Assembly (NCBI GenBank): GCA_051251855.1
Contig: JBPOGI010000003.1
Coordinates: forward strand, 256,001 to 320,000
From: Roseibacillus sp.
GTDB lineage: Bacteria > Verrucomicrobiota > Verrucomicrobiia > Verrucomicrobiales > Akkermansiaceae
DNA length: 64,000 nucleotides
Direction of reading: 5' to 3'
Notes under the pieces: generated by a model
Database searches by the model: none
The model's input: only the letters and a program-made list of their open reading frames with translations
What the model was told of the DNA's origin: nothing
Part shown: one piece after another, positions 9,367-19,265 of the stretch
How positions within the stretch are numbered: the first letter of the stretch is position 1
Layout of the letters: every line of letters begins with the position of its first letter
Position numbers and translations under genes: made by a program

Positions 9367-10038
9367 GTGAAAGAACTCTGGGAACAAGCCATCCTCTACT
9401 ACAACTTACCTCTAACAATTCTGTTAGGATTTGTAGTGTTGTTTTGGCTGCTGAGTCTTTTGGGCACAGTGGACCTCGATACCATTGATATTGATTTGGA
9501 GGCGGAGGTGAATGCGGACGTCGATGTCGACGTGAACGGCTCCGATGGGGCTACTGACGGTTTTTTTGGTTCGCTGCTTCGTTTTGTGAATGCGCAGGAC
9601 GTGCCCGTGATGGTGATTGTGAGTCTGCTTACGATTTTCATGTGGGGCATCGGTATCACCAGTAACTACTATCTCAATCCGGCCGAAAGTGGTCTGTTGG
9701 CTCTCGGCTTTCTTTTCGTAAATTTCATTCTCAGTATTCTGTTAGTCAAAGTCACCACCGAGCCTTTGCGTCCGTTCATGCGGGCCATCAAGAACGACCA
9801 AGAGCACCAAGAGCCTCTCGTCGGCCTCGCTGGCACGGTGAAAAGCCGTGTGCTTGACAGCGGTTTCGGTCAGGTCGAAGTGCCTCGTGATAAAGGAGCG
9901 CCTGCGCTGCTCAATGCTATTTTACCAGAAGGTCGCGAAGCTCTCGTGAGAGGCGACCGCATCCTCGTCATCGATTTTGATAAGGACCAAGACAAATTCG
10001 TGGTCCATCCCGCTGACGCACCCTCAAAAAATTCTTAA
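9367..10038 (+). CDS. YqiJ/DUF1449-like inner membrane protein with NfeD-like OB domain
   Basis: Three hydrophobic segments, an acidic linker and a C-terminal LVGLAGTV..FGQVEV OB fold; directly upstream of a flotillin gene. Confidence 0.8.
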   Translation: MKELWEQAILYYNLPLTILLGFVVLFWLLSLLGTVDLDTIDIDLEAEVNADVDVDVNGSDGATDGFFGSLLRFVNAQDVPVMVIVSLLTIFMWGIGITSNYYLNPAESGLLALGFLFVNFILSILLVKVTTEPLRPFMRAIKNDQEHQEPLVGLAGTVKSRVLDSGFGQVEVPRDKGAPALLNAILPEGREALVRGDRILVIDFDKDQDKFVVHPADAPSKNS

Positions 10039-10057
10039 CAACAACCCACCCTTAGAA

Positions 10058-12130
10058 ATGAATATTATGAATAACCTGCTGTTCACCCACCTCGCTGGTA
10101 TCTTGGACAACATGCCGTTGGCTCTCTTTGATAGTTTGCCCTTCGCGCTTGTTGCTGTGATACTTGGTCTTGGCGCCTTTGTTATTTTGGCTGCCATCTA
10201 CGTCGTTCTCACTTGCTACCGCAAAGTCGAGAAAGGAACCGCCCTCATCCGAACCGGAATGGGTGGCACTAAGGTCTACTTTAATGCCGGATACATTGTG
10301 CCCATTCTCCATCGTGCGGACATGATGGACATTTCGCTGAAGCGCATTGAAATCGACCGCACAGGACGCAATGGCCTCATCTGTAAGGACAACATGCGAG
10401 CGGATATCAAGGTTGCTTTCTTTGTGAGGGTGAACAATGCGGCGGAGGATGTCTTGCGCGTTGCTGAAAGTGTCGGCTGTGCTCGTGCGTCGAGCGAAGA
10501 TGAGATTCGGACTCTCTTTGATGCTAAGTTCTCAGAGGCTCTCAAGACCGTCGGTAAGCGCTTTGAATTCACCTCGCTTTATGAAGATCGCGATACCTTC
10601 CGTGATGAAATTTTGAAGGTGATTGGAACGGACCTCAACGGCTTCGTATTGGACGATGCTGCGATTGACTTCCTGGAGCAAACTCCGATCGAGATGCTCG
10701 ACCCAGATAACATTTTGGATGCCGAGGGCATCAAGAAGATTACCCACCTCACTGCCGAGCAGGCCAAGTTGTCTAACCACATTGAGCGCGACAAGCAGCG
10801 CGTGATCAAGCAACAGGACGTGGAAGCTCGCGAAGCAATTCTTGAACTGGAGCGTCAGCTTGCGGAGACCGAAGCGAAGCAGCAGCGTGAAGTCAAAACA
10901 GTGCAAGCTCGCGAAGAAGCGGAAACTGCCAAAGTGAGCGAAGAGCAGCGTCAACGCAGTGAGCAAGCCCGCATCGCAGCTGAGGAAGAAATTGAAATCG
11001 CGGATGAGAACAAGCAGCGTCAGGTGATTGTCGCTCTCCGTAATAAAGAGCGCACCGATGGCGTTGAGCTGGAGCGTGTTGAGCGTGAGCGCATGTTGGA
11101 AGAAATTGAACGCAAGCGCGTGACCGAGCTGAAGTCAATCGAAGCTGAGAAGTTGATTGAGGTTCAGAAGAAAGAGATTCAGGAAGTGATTCGCGAACGG
11201 GTCGCTGTTGAGAAGGGCGTGGTTGAAGAGCAGCAGCGCATCAAGGATACCGAAGAGTTTGCTACCGCGGATCGTCAGAAGCAAGTCACGGTCACTCTTG
11301 CTGAGGCTCAGGCCCAGGAGAAGATGATTGGGCGTATCAAGGAAGCGGAAGCGCAGAAAGAATCAGCCCAGTTAGCTGCCGACGAACATGCTTACGAGGT
11401 CATTAAGGAGGCGGAGGCAGGTCGCCAAGCCGCCGAGATGAACGCCGAACAACGCATCATCAGTGCAGAGGCCGAACAGACCGCTGCCGAGAAAGAGTCG
11501 AGCGCCAAGAAGATGATGGCGGAAGCGATTGCTAAGGAGGCGGCTGCCACTGGATTAGGCGAAGCGGAAGTTCTGAAGGCCATGGGTATGGCTGATGCCG
11601 AAGCGATTGAGCTGAAGGCTGCGGCCATGAAGCTCTTCGAAGAAGCCGGTCAGGAGCACGAAGAATTCAAGCTCGAGTTGGACAAAGAGAAGGCCGTCGA
11701 GTTGGCCGAAATTGATGTTCAGCGTCAGATTGCTGCCGAGCAGGCCAAGGTTGTGGGCGAGGCTCTCAAGAGCGCCAATATCGATATCGTGGGTGGCGAG
11801 ACTCAGTTCTTCGACCGCATCACCAATGCGATTACGAATGGTAAGGTGGTCGACCGCATGGTGGATAACAGCCGCGTAATCGACGACGTGAAGGAGACCT
11901 TCTTCAACGGCGACCCCGAGTACTTCAAGAGCCAGCTGTCGGGATGGATTCAGGACTTCGGTATTGAAACCGAAGACCTCAAGAATCTCTCGGTGTCGGC
12001 TCTGCTAGGAAAGCTGGTGAAAGATGCCAGCGGCGACCAGCGCACCAAGATGATTGGAATGCTAGGAGCTGCTGAACGCTTTGGTTTGTCGGATGCGAAG
12101 GCAGGAGACCTCTTGAAGAAGTTAGGGTAG
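10058..12130 (+). CDS. Flotillin family SPFH protein (YqiK-like)
   Basis: N-terminal TM, SPFH domain (ALIRTG, GLICKDNMRADI, IDFLEQT), long AE-rich coiled coil. Confidence 0.92.
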   Translation: MNIMNNLLFTHLAGILDNMPLALFDSLPFALVAVILGLGAFVILAAIYVVLTCYRKVEKGTALIRTGMGGTKVYFNAGYIVPILHRADMMDISLKRIEIDRTGRNGLICKDNMRADIKVAFFVRVNNAAEDVLRVAESVGCARASSEDEIRTLFDAKFSEALKTVGKRFEFTSLYEDRDTFRDEILKVIGTDLNGFVLDDAAIDFLEQTPIEMLDPDNILDAEGIKKITHLTAEQAKLSNHIERDKQRVIKQQDVEAREAILELERQLAETEAKQQREVKTVQAREEAETAKVSEEQRQRSEQARIAAEEEIEIADENKQRQVIVALRNKERTDGVELERVERERMLEEIERKRVTELKSIEAEKLIEVQKKEIQEVIRERVAVEKGVVEEQQRIKDTEEFATADRQKQVTVTLAEAQAQEKMIGRIKEAEAQKESAQLAADEHAYEVIKEAEAGRQAAEMNAEQRIISAEAEQTAAEKESSAKKMMAEAIAKEAAATGLGEAEVLKAMGMADAEAIELKAAAMKLFEEAGQEHEEFKLELDKEKAVELAEIDVQRQIAAEQAKVVGEALKSANIDIVGGETQFFDRITNAITNGKVVDRMVDNSRVIDDVKETFFNGDPEYFKSQLSGWIQDFGIETEDLKNLSVSALLGKLVKDASGDQRTKMIGMLGAAERFGLSDAKAGDLLKKLG

Positions 12131-12141
12131 GATTCGTTTTC

Positions 12142-12172
12142 AACCACTAAGGGCACTAAGTTCACGAAGGTA
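12142..12172 (+). repeat. Left 31-bp inverted repeat of GxxExxY element (3 x 9-nt CACnAAGnn)
   Basis: AACCACTAAGGGCACTAAGTTCACGAAGGTA; 28/31 identical to the reverse complement of 12591-12621. Confidence 0.9.
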
Positions 12173-12178
12173 CTAGCT

Positions 12179-12559
12179 ATGGAAAAAGAGGTTCTATATC
12201 GAGATGAAGTATTTAAGCTCATAGGGGCTTGTATTGAAGTTCATCGAGAGAAAGGGCACGGATTCCTAGAGCCTGTTTATCATGAGTGCTTAGAGTTGGA
12301 GGCAAAGGAGCAGCAGCTTCCTTTGACTTCAAAGCCCAAACTAGAACTCTACTATAAGGGGCACTTGTTGACTCAGCGCTACGAGCCTGACTTTGTAGGA
12401 TTCAGTAAAATAATCGTGGAAATCAAAGCGGCCAAAGCTCTTGATAATTCGCATCGCGCTCAAACAATCAACTACCTTAAGGCTACCGGTTTTCGCCTAG
12501 CTTTGCTCGTCAATTTTGGGAGTAAGGGGCGCTTGGAATGGGAACGTTTCATCAATTGA
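12179..12559 (+). CDS. GxxExxY protein (PD-(D/E)xK nuclease superfamily)
   Basis: 126 aa; GFLEPVY signature, PDF...IVEIK, QTINYLKAT, LLVNFG. Confidence 0.93.
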   Translation: MEKEVLYRDEVFKLIGACIEVHREKGHGFLEPVYHECLELEAKEQQLPLTSKPKLELYYKGHLLTQRYEPDFVGFSKIIVEIKAAKALDNSHRAQTINYLKATGFRLALLVNFGSKGRLEWERFIN

Positions 12560-12590
12560 AATTTAAAAATCATAGAGCCTCGTTGGCCAC

Positions 12591-12621
12591 TACCTTCGTG
12601 AACTTTGTGTCCTTTGTGGTT
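12591..12621 (-). repeat. Right 31-bp inverted repeat of GxxExxY element
   Basis: TACCTTCGTGAACTTTGTGTCCTTTGTGGTT. Confidence 0.9.
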
Positions 12622-12629
12622 AAAAAATA

Positions 12630-15600
12630 ATGCCAGATACTGAACAGTTAGAGGGTGGGAGTTACGAAGTGATTCGTGCTCGATTGGAGAAGCATGGTGA
12701 GGACTTGCGTCGTCGTTTGGGGCTTTTGAATGACGACCGAAAGGAGATTTTCGGCGCGGTGGAGACCGCCTTGGTCGCGACCGAGCGGGTGACGACGGAG
12801 CATAATTGTGTTCCCCGTGACCTCATTGCGGTGGGAGGGAATCGTTTTCTCTTTGGCTACAACATCCAGTTCGGACTCAAGCAGACCACGGACGTTTCTG
12901 ATGTCTTTGCCGCTTACGAATATGATCCCGAGGGGCACGTCTTTCATGCGCTACCGGTGGAGGAAGTTCTGAGTGACGCGAATTTCTCGGACGACTTCAA
13001 GTATCTCTACAAGTACTACAAAGAGACGGCTTTCGCGAAGTTCATGGTGATTGGGGCTCATCTTTATATGAAGATGCGTACTGGCAAGGGGGTCGATGAC
13101 TTCAAGGCCTTCAAGTGGCTGCGTCCTGGTGACGGGCATCTCGAGTATGTCGGCAATCGCTTTGATCATGAATTTCAGTATCCACCGCAGCAGGAGTTCG
13201 AGTGGAAGCGTGCTCATCGCGATATGCAGCGGGCGGGGGAGCATCCGCATATCTCGATCAACGATCGAGTTTTCGTGGAGACCGTGGGGGGAGACCTCAC
13301 CATCAAGATCGAGGATAACACGACAAGTGGAGAAGGAATCTACCAAGAACCGGTCAATGACCCCGATCAGTCGCTGGACGATGCCGAGGTGTTTTACGCC
13401 GAAGTGGGACCTTTGGTGCTCTTGAAAATTTTGCCTTATCGCGAGGAATTGCATCGCTACTTTGTTTTTAATGAAAAGACGCAAGCGGTGAAGAGAATCG
13501 ATGCTATTGGTCATTCCTGCGTTCTTTTGCCGGACGACCAAGGGTTGATTTTTTCGAATGGATATCTCCTTCTCACCGGTGATGTGCGTGTGTTTGATAC
13601 GGAGTTATCGAATATGATGTTCGAGCGTCGGATTCCGTCTGCTAATGGCGAGGATGTTCTCTACGTTTTTTACAACCGGGTAAGCGGCGATTACGTTTTA
13701 CTTTCGTACAACTTGATTAGCCAATCAGTGGAGACTCCGGTGATTTGCAATGGCTACTCGCTCTTTCCGAATGGAGAGCTGGTTTACTTTAAGACCGAAG
13801 ATGCTGCTCAAAAGCATCACACGTTGCAGGTCTGGACGACGCCTTATTTAAGTCAAGAAGCGCTCGCGGAGCAGAACCAAGATGAGAGTTCGTTTCTCTT
13901 CAAGATCGGCAACGCGGACCTTGTGCGCGGGATGTCGGAGTGTCGTGAAATTCTGACCTTGTTAGGGAAAGACGATAACTACGGGGGGCTCTATCTCGAC
14001 CTGGTGAAGAGGACGAGAGACCTCGCGGATTCTTACTTTTGGTTGGGTAAGAAGGAGACGGCGAATCTAGCCGAGCCCGTGCGTGAGATCAATCGCGCGG
14101 CGCAATCGGCCTTGGAGGAGTTCGATAAGGTCAAGGCTCAGCGTCAAGCGGCGACGGCCAAGACAAAGGAAGTGCAGGAGGCGGTGGCGGAGCTATTGGC
14201 AAGCGTTCGGCATTCGCCGCCTGACGATATCTTTGGGTTCGTGCGTCAATTGTCCGAGTTGCGGACGCGTCGCGGGGAAGTGATTGGTTTGCGCGAAGTG
14301 CGCTATGCCAAGGCTGAGACCATTGAGGAGCTGGAAGCGCAGTTGGTGGATTCCGCAGAGAAGGTTTCGCAAAAGACGGTGGAGTTTTTGCTCAAGGATG
14401 AGGCATTGGTTCCATATCGCCGTGCGGTGGAGGAGCAGGGAGAAGCGATTCCTGAGTTGGCGAAAGTTACCGAGGCTGATGCGGTCGCGGAGGCCCTCGA
14501 CAACGCCGGTAATGAGTTGGAGATGCTCATCGATATCGTGGGCAATCTTAAGATTGAGGATGCGACCCAGACCACGGCAATTATCGACGGGATTTCGGGG
14601 ATTTATGCGGAGCTGAATGGAGTTCGAGCTGACCTCAAGAACAAGCGCAACACGTTGGCGAAGGCTGAGGGGACGGCGCAGTTCGGGGCGCAGATGAAGC
14701 TCATCTCGCAGGCGGTGGTGAACTACCTGGAGGTTTGTGATACGCCAGAGAAGTGCGACGAATCTCTCACCAAGTTGATGGTTCAGTTGGAGGAGTTGGA
14801 GGGACGGTTCTCTGAGTTCGATGACTATGTGGAGGAGTTGGCTGGGAAACGGGAAGAGGTTTATGAAGCTTTTGAAGGACGTAAGCAACAGCTGGTGGAT
14901 GGTCGCAATAAGCGCGCTGGTTCGTTGTTGCGTTCGGCGGAGCGGATTTTGGGTGGTATCGAGCGACGCTTGGAGACTTTTGATTCCTTGGATGAAATCA
15001 ACGGCTACTTCGCGGGCGACCTGATGGTCGAAAAAGTGCGTGGAGTGGTTGATGACCTCAAGGCGCTGGGTGATGGTGTGAAGGCGGATGATCTGCGCAC
15101 CCGCTTGAAGACTTTGCGCGAGGATGCGGCGCGCCAGCTGAAGGATCGTAAAGAACTCTATGTCGATGGGCAGAATGTGATTCGTTTTGGCAAACATGCC
15201 TTTGGGGTGAATACACGAGACTTAGAACTCTCGGTGGTGCCGCGTGATGGAGAGATGTGGTATCATCTCTCGGGCACGGATTTTTACGAGCGTATCGAGA
15301 ATGAAGAATTCGCGACGACCAAGTCTGTGTGGGACATTGAGGTCGCGAGCGAGAGTCCGAAACTCTATCGCGCCGAGTGGTTGGCAAGTCTCTTGTTAGA
15401 AGAAGGTGTCGAAGGAGTGGCTGAGAGTGAATTTTTGCCGCAAGTACAGAGTTTCATGCAGGCTCGCTATGCTGAGGGGTACGTGAAGGGGGTTCATGAT
15501 GAGGACACCGCGAAGATTTTGGAGGCGTTGGCGCCGATTGCTCGCGATGCCGGGTTGCTGCGCTTTAGTCCGTTGGCTCGGGGTGCGGGAGTGGTGCTGT

Positions 15601-17678
15601 GGGCAGATCGTGATCAGGAAGGGCGCCAAGAGATTGCTCGCTTGATTGCGGGGCATGGTGAGCGTCTCAAGGCGTTCGGTGATACCAGCCGGGTTCGGCA
15701 TGAGATGGAGGTGGCGCTTTCGGAGGAACTGGCCGAGCAATTACAGCGCTCGCGTTTTGCAGGGCGGGTGAGTGCGCAGGCGGTAGCGGAGTATCTTTTT
15801 GCGCAGCTGCGTGAGGGGGAAGGTTTTGTGGTTTCGACCGAAGCGGCGGAGGCGATCAAGCATCTCAAGAGCGAGCTCACTGCCAAGCGTGCGAGTGAAG
15901 CCTTCGAGAAGGCGATGGCGGAATTGAGTCGTGCTGAGGCGCGGCATTCGCTCGCGTTGGACTGGTTGCGAGGAGTTTTGGAAGGTGAAGTGGCGGCGGG
16001 TGTGCTGGTGGAAGCGGCCGCTCATCTGGCACGCGGGGGATACGAGCAGCGCGAAGTCAAGCGAGTGGAGTTGGCAGTGGAGGTTGCAGGTATGCGCGGG
16101 TCTCACAATCGCGTTGAGGATGGGGTGCTGAAGATTCACTATAACGATTTCTTGGAGCGAGTGACGGTTTATCGCGATGAAGTATTGCCGCTTTATCGTC
16201 GTTTCCAGGAGCTTAAGAAGTCGCTGGTGGCGGATAAGCGGGAGGAAATGAAGCTAGAAGAACTCAAGCCGGAGGTGATGAGTGCTTTTGTTCGTAACCG
16301 ATTGTTAGATGAGGTCTTTCTTCCTGTGATTGGTGACAACTTGGCGAAGCAGATTGGCACCGCGGGGGCGGATTCGCGGACGGACCGGATGGGCTTGCTC
16401 TTGTTGATTTCGCCTCCGGGTTACGGAAAGACGACTTTGATGGAGTATGTCGCCAACCGTTTGGGGCTGACCTTCGTGAAGGTGAATGGTCCCGCTCTTG
16501 GTCACCATGTGGTCTCTCTGGACCCTAAGTTAGCGAGCGACATGGCTGCTGGTGAAGAACTGGAGAAGTTAAACCTTGCGCTAGAAATGGGCGACAATGT
16601 GATGCTGTATCTGGATGATATTCAGCATACGAATCCGGAGTTTTTGCAGAAATTTATTAGCCTCTGTGATGCTCAGCGGAAGATTGAAGGAGTTTACCAA
16701 GGCAAAGCGCGCACTTACGATCTGAAGGGTAAGAAAGTCGCGGTGGTGATGGCGGGTAACCCCTACACCGAGAGCGGCGGTAAGTTCCAGATTCCGGACA
16801 TGCTCGCGAACCGGGCCGATACTTACAACTTGGGTGATATTTTGGGGAGTCACGAGGCGGCCTTTAAGGACAGTTACATTGAGAACTGTCTCACTTCTAA
16901 CAGCACGCTTTCTAAGTTGGCCGCGAGTGGCCTTAAGGACGTTCGCGCGGTGATGAAGATGGCGGCGGGTGCGGAATTGGAGGAGGTCGATTTTGAAGCG
17001 AATTATACTCCAGGAGAGATTGAGGAGTTTGTGCGCGGGATGAAGCTGCTTTTCCAAGTGCGCGATACTATCCTAAGGGTGAACTTGCAATACATCGCGA
17101 GTGCGGCGCAGGAAGATGCCTATCGCACCGAGCCGCCGTTTAAGTTGCAGGGGTCATACCGGAACATGAATCGCATCGCCGAGAAGGTGGTGCCATTGAT
17201 GACGGATGCAGAGTTGCAAGAGTTGGTCGTCTCCCACTACGAGAACGAGGCTCAAAACTTAACAACAGGGGCGGAGTCGAATTTGTTAAAGTTCCGCGAG
17301 ATGGAGAATTTGTTAGATGAAGAGCAGGGCGATCGGTGGCTGCAGATTCAGACTGAATTTAGAAAGCAGAAGGTTTTGGGTGGGGCGGGCGAAAACGATC
17401 CTGTCGCTCGTGTTGTGGCCCAATTGCAAGAGTTCCGTGAGGGATTGACCTCGATTCAAGAAGGAATTTCGCAAGCTGGGAGCAACTACGCTAAGCCGCA
17501 GACCTTGAACGATGCCACTATCGAGCAATTGCGGGGAATCATCGCCGGTCTTCGTGAGGTGCCGGTGAAGGTCGATATCAACGTGGTGCCGGTTCAGGAT
17601 GAAGACGGGTCCATTGAGCAGATTGAAAAGCGGTCGTCGCCTATCGATATCGAGCCCCATGTGGAGCAGGGAGATTAG
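12630..17678 (+). CDS. Giant AAA+ ATPase (DUF3686-type): beta-rich N-terminus, coiled coil, C-terminal AAA+
   Basis: 1682 aa; Walker A PPGYGKTT, Walker B MLYLDD, sensor VMAGNP, Arg finger LANRAD; yqiJK context. Confidence 0.88.
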   Translation: MPDTEQLEGGSYEVIRARLEKHGEDLRRRLGLLNDDRKEIFGAVETALVATERVTTEHNCVPRDLIAVGGNRFLFGYNIQFGLKQTTDVSDVFAAYEYDPEGHVFHALPVEEVLSDANFSDDFKYLYKYYKETAFAKFMVIGAHLYMKMRTGKGVDDFKAFKWLRPGDGHLEYVGNRFDHEFQYPPQQEFEWKRAHRDMQRAGEHPHISINDRVFVETVGGDLTIKIEDNTTSGEGIYQEPVNDPDQSLDDAEVFYAEVGPLVLLKILPYREELHRYFVFNEKTQAVKRIDAIGHSCVLLPDDQGLIFSNGYLLLTGDVRVFDTELSNMMFERRIPSANGEDVLYVFYNRVSGDYVLLSYNLISQSVETPVICNGYSLFPNGELVYFKTEDAAQKHHTLQVWTTPYLSQEALAEQNQDESSFLFKIGNADLVRGMSECREILTLLGKDDNYGGLYLDLVKRTRDLADSYFWLGKKETANLAEPVREINRAAQSALEEFDKVKAQRQAATAKTKEVQEAVAELLASVRHSPPDDIFGFVRQLSELRTRRGEVIGLREVRYAKAETIEELEAQLVDSAEKVSQKTVEFLLKDEALVPYRRAVEEQGEAIPELAKVTEADAVAEALDNAGNELEMLIDIVGNLKIEDATQTTAIIDGISGIYAELNGVRADLKNKRNTLAKAEGTAQFGAQMKLISQAVVNYLEVCDTPEKCDESLTKLMVQLEELEGRFSEFDDYVEELAGKREEVYEAFEGRKQQLVDGRNKRAGSLLRSAERILGGIERRLETFDSLDEINGYFAGDLMVEKVRGVVDDLKALGDGVKADDLRTRLKTLREDAARQLKDRKELYVDGQNVIRFGKHAFGVNTRDLELSVVPRDGEMWYHLSGTDFYERIENEEFATTKSVWDIEVASESPKLYRAEWLASLLLEEGVEGVAESEFLPQVQSFMQARYAEGYVKGVHDEDTAKILEALAPIARDAGLLRFSPLARGAGVVLWADRDQEGRQEIARLIAGHGERLKAFGDTSRVRHEMEVALSEELAEQLQRSRFAGRVSAQAVAEYLFAQLREGEGFVVSTEAAEAIKHLKSELTAKRASEAFEKAMAELSRAEARHSLALDWLRGVLEGEVAAGVLVEAAAHLARGGYEQREVKRVELAVEVAGMRGSHNRVEDGVLKIHYNDFLERVTVYRDEVLPLYRRFQELKKSLVADKREEMKLEELKPEVMSAFVRNRLLDEVFLPVIGDNLAKQIGTAGADSRTDRMGLLLLISPPGYGKTTLMEYVANRLGLTFVKVNGPALGHHVVSLDPKLASDMAAGEELEKLNLALEMGDNVMLYLDDIQHTNPEFLQKFISLCDAQRKIEGVYQGKARTYDLKGKKVAVVMAGNPYTESGGKFQIPDMLANRADTYNLGDILGSHEAAFKDSYIENCLTSNSTLSKLAASGLKDVRAVMKMAAGAELEEVDFEANYTPGEIEEFVRGMKLLFQVRDTILRVNLQYIASAAQEDAYRTEPPFKLQGSYRNMNRIAEKVVPLMTDAELQELVVSHYENEAQNLTTGAESNLLKFREMENLLDEEQGDRWLQIQTEFRKQKVLGGAGENDPVARVVAQLQEFREGLTSIQEGISQAGSNYAKPQTLNDATIEQLRGIIAGLREVPVKVDINVVPVQDEDGSIEQIEKRSSPIDIEPHVEQGD

Positions 17679-17758
17679 AGGATTGCGCGCGGGTTGCGCT
17701 CCCAACGTTTGATGTTGTATTGAGATAGGAGATGTTAGGGCCTCCCGGGACGGACGGG

Positions 17759-17789
17759 TCAACCTTCGCAGGCCAGAGGCCTACGCCAT
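17759..17789 (-). repeat. Solitary REP related to the RAYT flanks
   Basis: TCAACCTTCGCAGGCCAGAGGCCTACGCCAT resembles TCAACCTTCGCGGCCCAGAGAGCCGCGCCAC (reverse complement of 3811-3841); lies between convergent genes. Confidence 0.65.
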
Positions 17790-17795
17790 GTGTTG

Positions 17796-19220
17796 CTATT
17801 GACTGGATTCTTCAGCTTCTCTGGCCTGTTCGACGATGCGCTGGATATCTTCGTCGGAGAGAACGTTGAGTGCGTCGGCGTTGTTGGAGCCATCTTCGGC
17901 TGCAGGCTTTTCCTCAGGTGTTGGATCCGTTGCTGGTGCCGCGGTGGGAGGGATGGCGATAGGTGGGCTGACGGCAGTGGTTGGCTTGGCTTGGGTGCCT
18001 CGTTCTTGAGGACTGAGCGGGGGCTGGGGAGCGAGAGGGCCGAAGGAAGGTTGAGGGATGGGAGCCGCTACGGCTTCTTCTTTGGCTTCGGTTAAGGTGT
18101 CGAGTCCGACGTTGATTGATGAGAGAACGTAGTCGGCGACGCGGTAAGAGCGGCCCTCGAAGGCTTGCTCTTTGGCGAGCTTGTCTTTGAGTGCCTCCTG
18201 GATGGCAGCGAAGTCGGCATCAGCTTTCTTGGCCTCTTCTTCGGTTTCGCCTTCCTTCATTTCACGCTCGGCGGGGAGATTCGCGGTGACGGCCACCTTG
18301 AGAATGTAGGCTGAGGCTGCGGATTCGCTTTCGGCGTCCGCCGGTTTGGTGGGCGCGTAATCGAGAGTGTAGGTGAAGCCGTCGAAGGTTTTGAGAATAA
18401 GGGTTCGGGCCTCGGATTCGTTGCGTTGTTCTTTAGCTTCTTCTTCGCTTAAGACGTCTTCGAAGCGAGGGCTCGAGAGTATATTCTTAAGAGGGGTGAG
18501 TTTGTCTGCGAGGGGTTTGCGTCCGGCTGCAAGGTTCTCGATGGTGAAGTCGGAGCCCGCATTCAGACGGTTCATGGTCCAGCCTTGGACGCTGGTATCT
18601 TTCTTGGGGTCAAGGGCGATGGACTTGATGCCGTTGACAGCAAAGAAGGTGCCGTTAAGCCACTCAGAGGGATCGGCGCTGAGGTCGAAGAGAGAGTCGT
18701 TGACGGCGTAGACTGCTTCGGGCTCGCTGCCGAGTCGGATATATTTTCCAGAAGCTTGAGAGCCCTCGCCGGAAGTGGTCTTGCCGATGGAGAGACTCTG
18801 CACTTCTTCGCCCTCTGCATTGAGGAAGGTGACTTGAGTGCCATGGTTATCTTGGCTTTCGGCATCGGGGTTCATGCCGAAGCGCTCGTTGAAGGCGGGC
18901 CCCGCTTTCCTACTTTGGGCGATGGAGACTTCGGTGAGGGAGCGCAGAAGTCGAGTCAGTCTCGCGAAGTCGGCTTCGTAGCCCGCGCGGTCGGCGACGG
19001 ACCATTGGGTTTCCTCCTTCTTAAGAGTGACGGTATTTTCGGCATCTTCGATTTTGATGGAGGCAATACTCTTGAGAGGAAGGTCTTCAAGGAGGACGTC
19101 TCCTTGCGAAAGAGCGGTGGGGGCATCGTTGCCTTTCTTTTGGCCAGATTTGACGATGAGGGTGAGGGCGGCGAGGAGGCCGGCGATGCACCAGAGGATA
19201 GTGACAAGTCGTTTGCTCAT
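17796..19220 (-). CDS. DUF4340 domain protein
   Basis: N-terminal TM, W..ADRAGYEAD, YIR..EAVYAV; typical last gene of GldAFG-like operons. Confidence 0.8.
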   Translation of the reverse strand: MSKRLVTILWCIAGLLAALTLIVKSGQKKGNDAPTALSQGDVLLEDLPLKSIASIKIEDAENTVTLKKEETQWSVADRAGYEADFARLTRLLRSLTEVSIAQSRKAGPAFNERFGMNPDAESQDNHGTQVTFLNAEGEEVQSLSIGKTTSGEGSQASGKYIRLGSEPEAVYAVNDSLFDLSADPSEWLNGTFFAVNGIKSIALDPKKDTSVQGWTMNRLNAGSDFTIENLAAGRKPLADKLTPLKNILSSPRFEDVLSEEEAKEQRNESEARTLILKTFDGFTYTLDYAPTKPADAESESAASAYILKVAVTANLPAEREMKEGETEEEAKKADADFAAIQEALKDKLAKEQAFEGRSYRVADYVLSSINVGLDTLTEAKEEAVAAPIPQPSFGPLAPQPPLSPQERGTQAKPTTAVSPPIAIPPTAAPATDPTPEEKPAAEDGSNNADALNVLSDEDIQRIVEQAREAEESSQ

Positions 19221-19265
19221 GGGTATCTTAGAATTAAAAGTTTCAGATGAAAAAATTGGATTGGA

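Noticed and set aside
12630..17678. DNA repair function for the giant ATPase
   Set aside because: No nuclease, helicase or SMC signature is seen; the context is membrane/flotillin.
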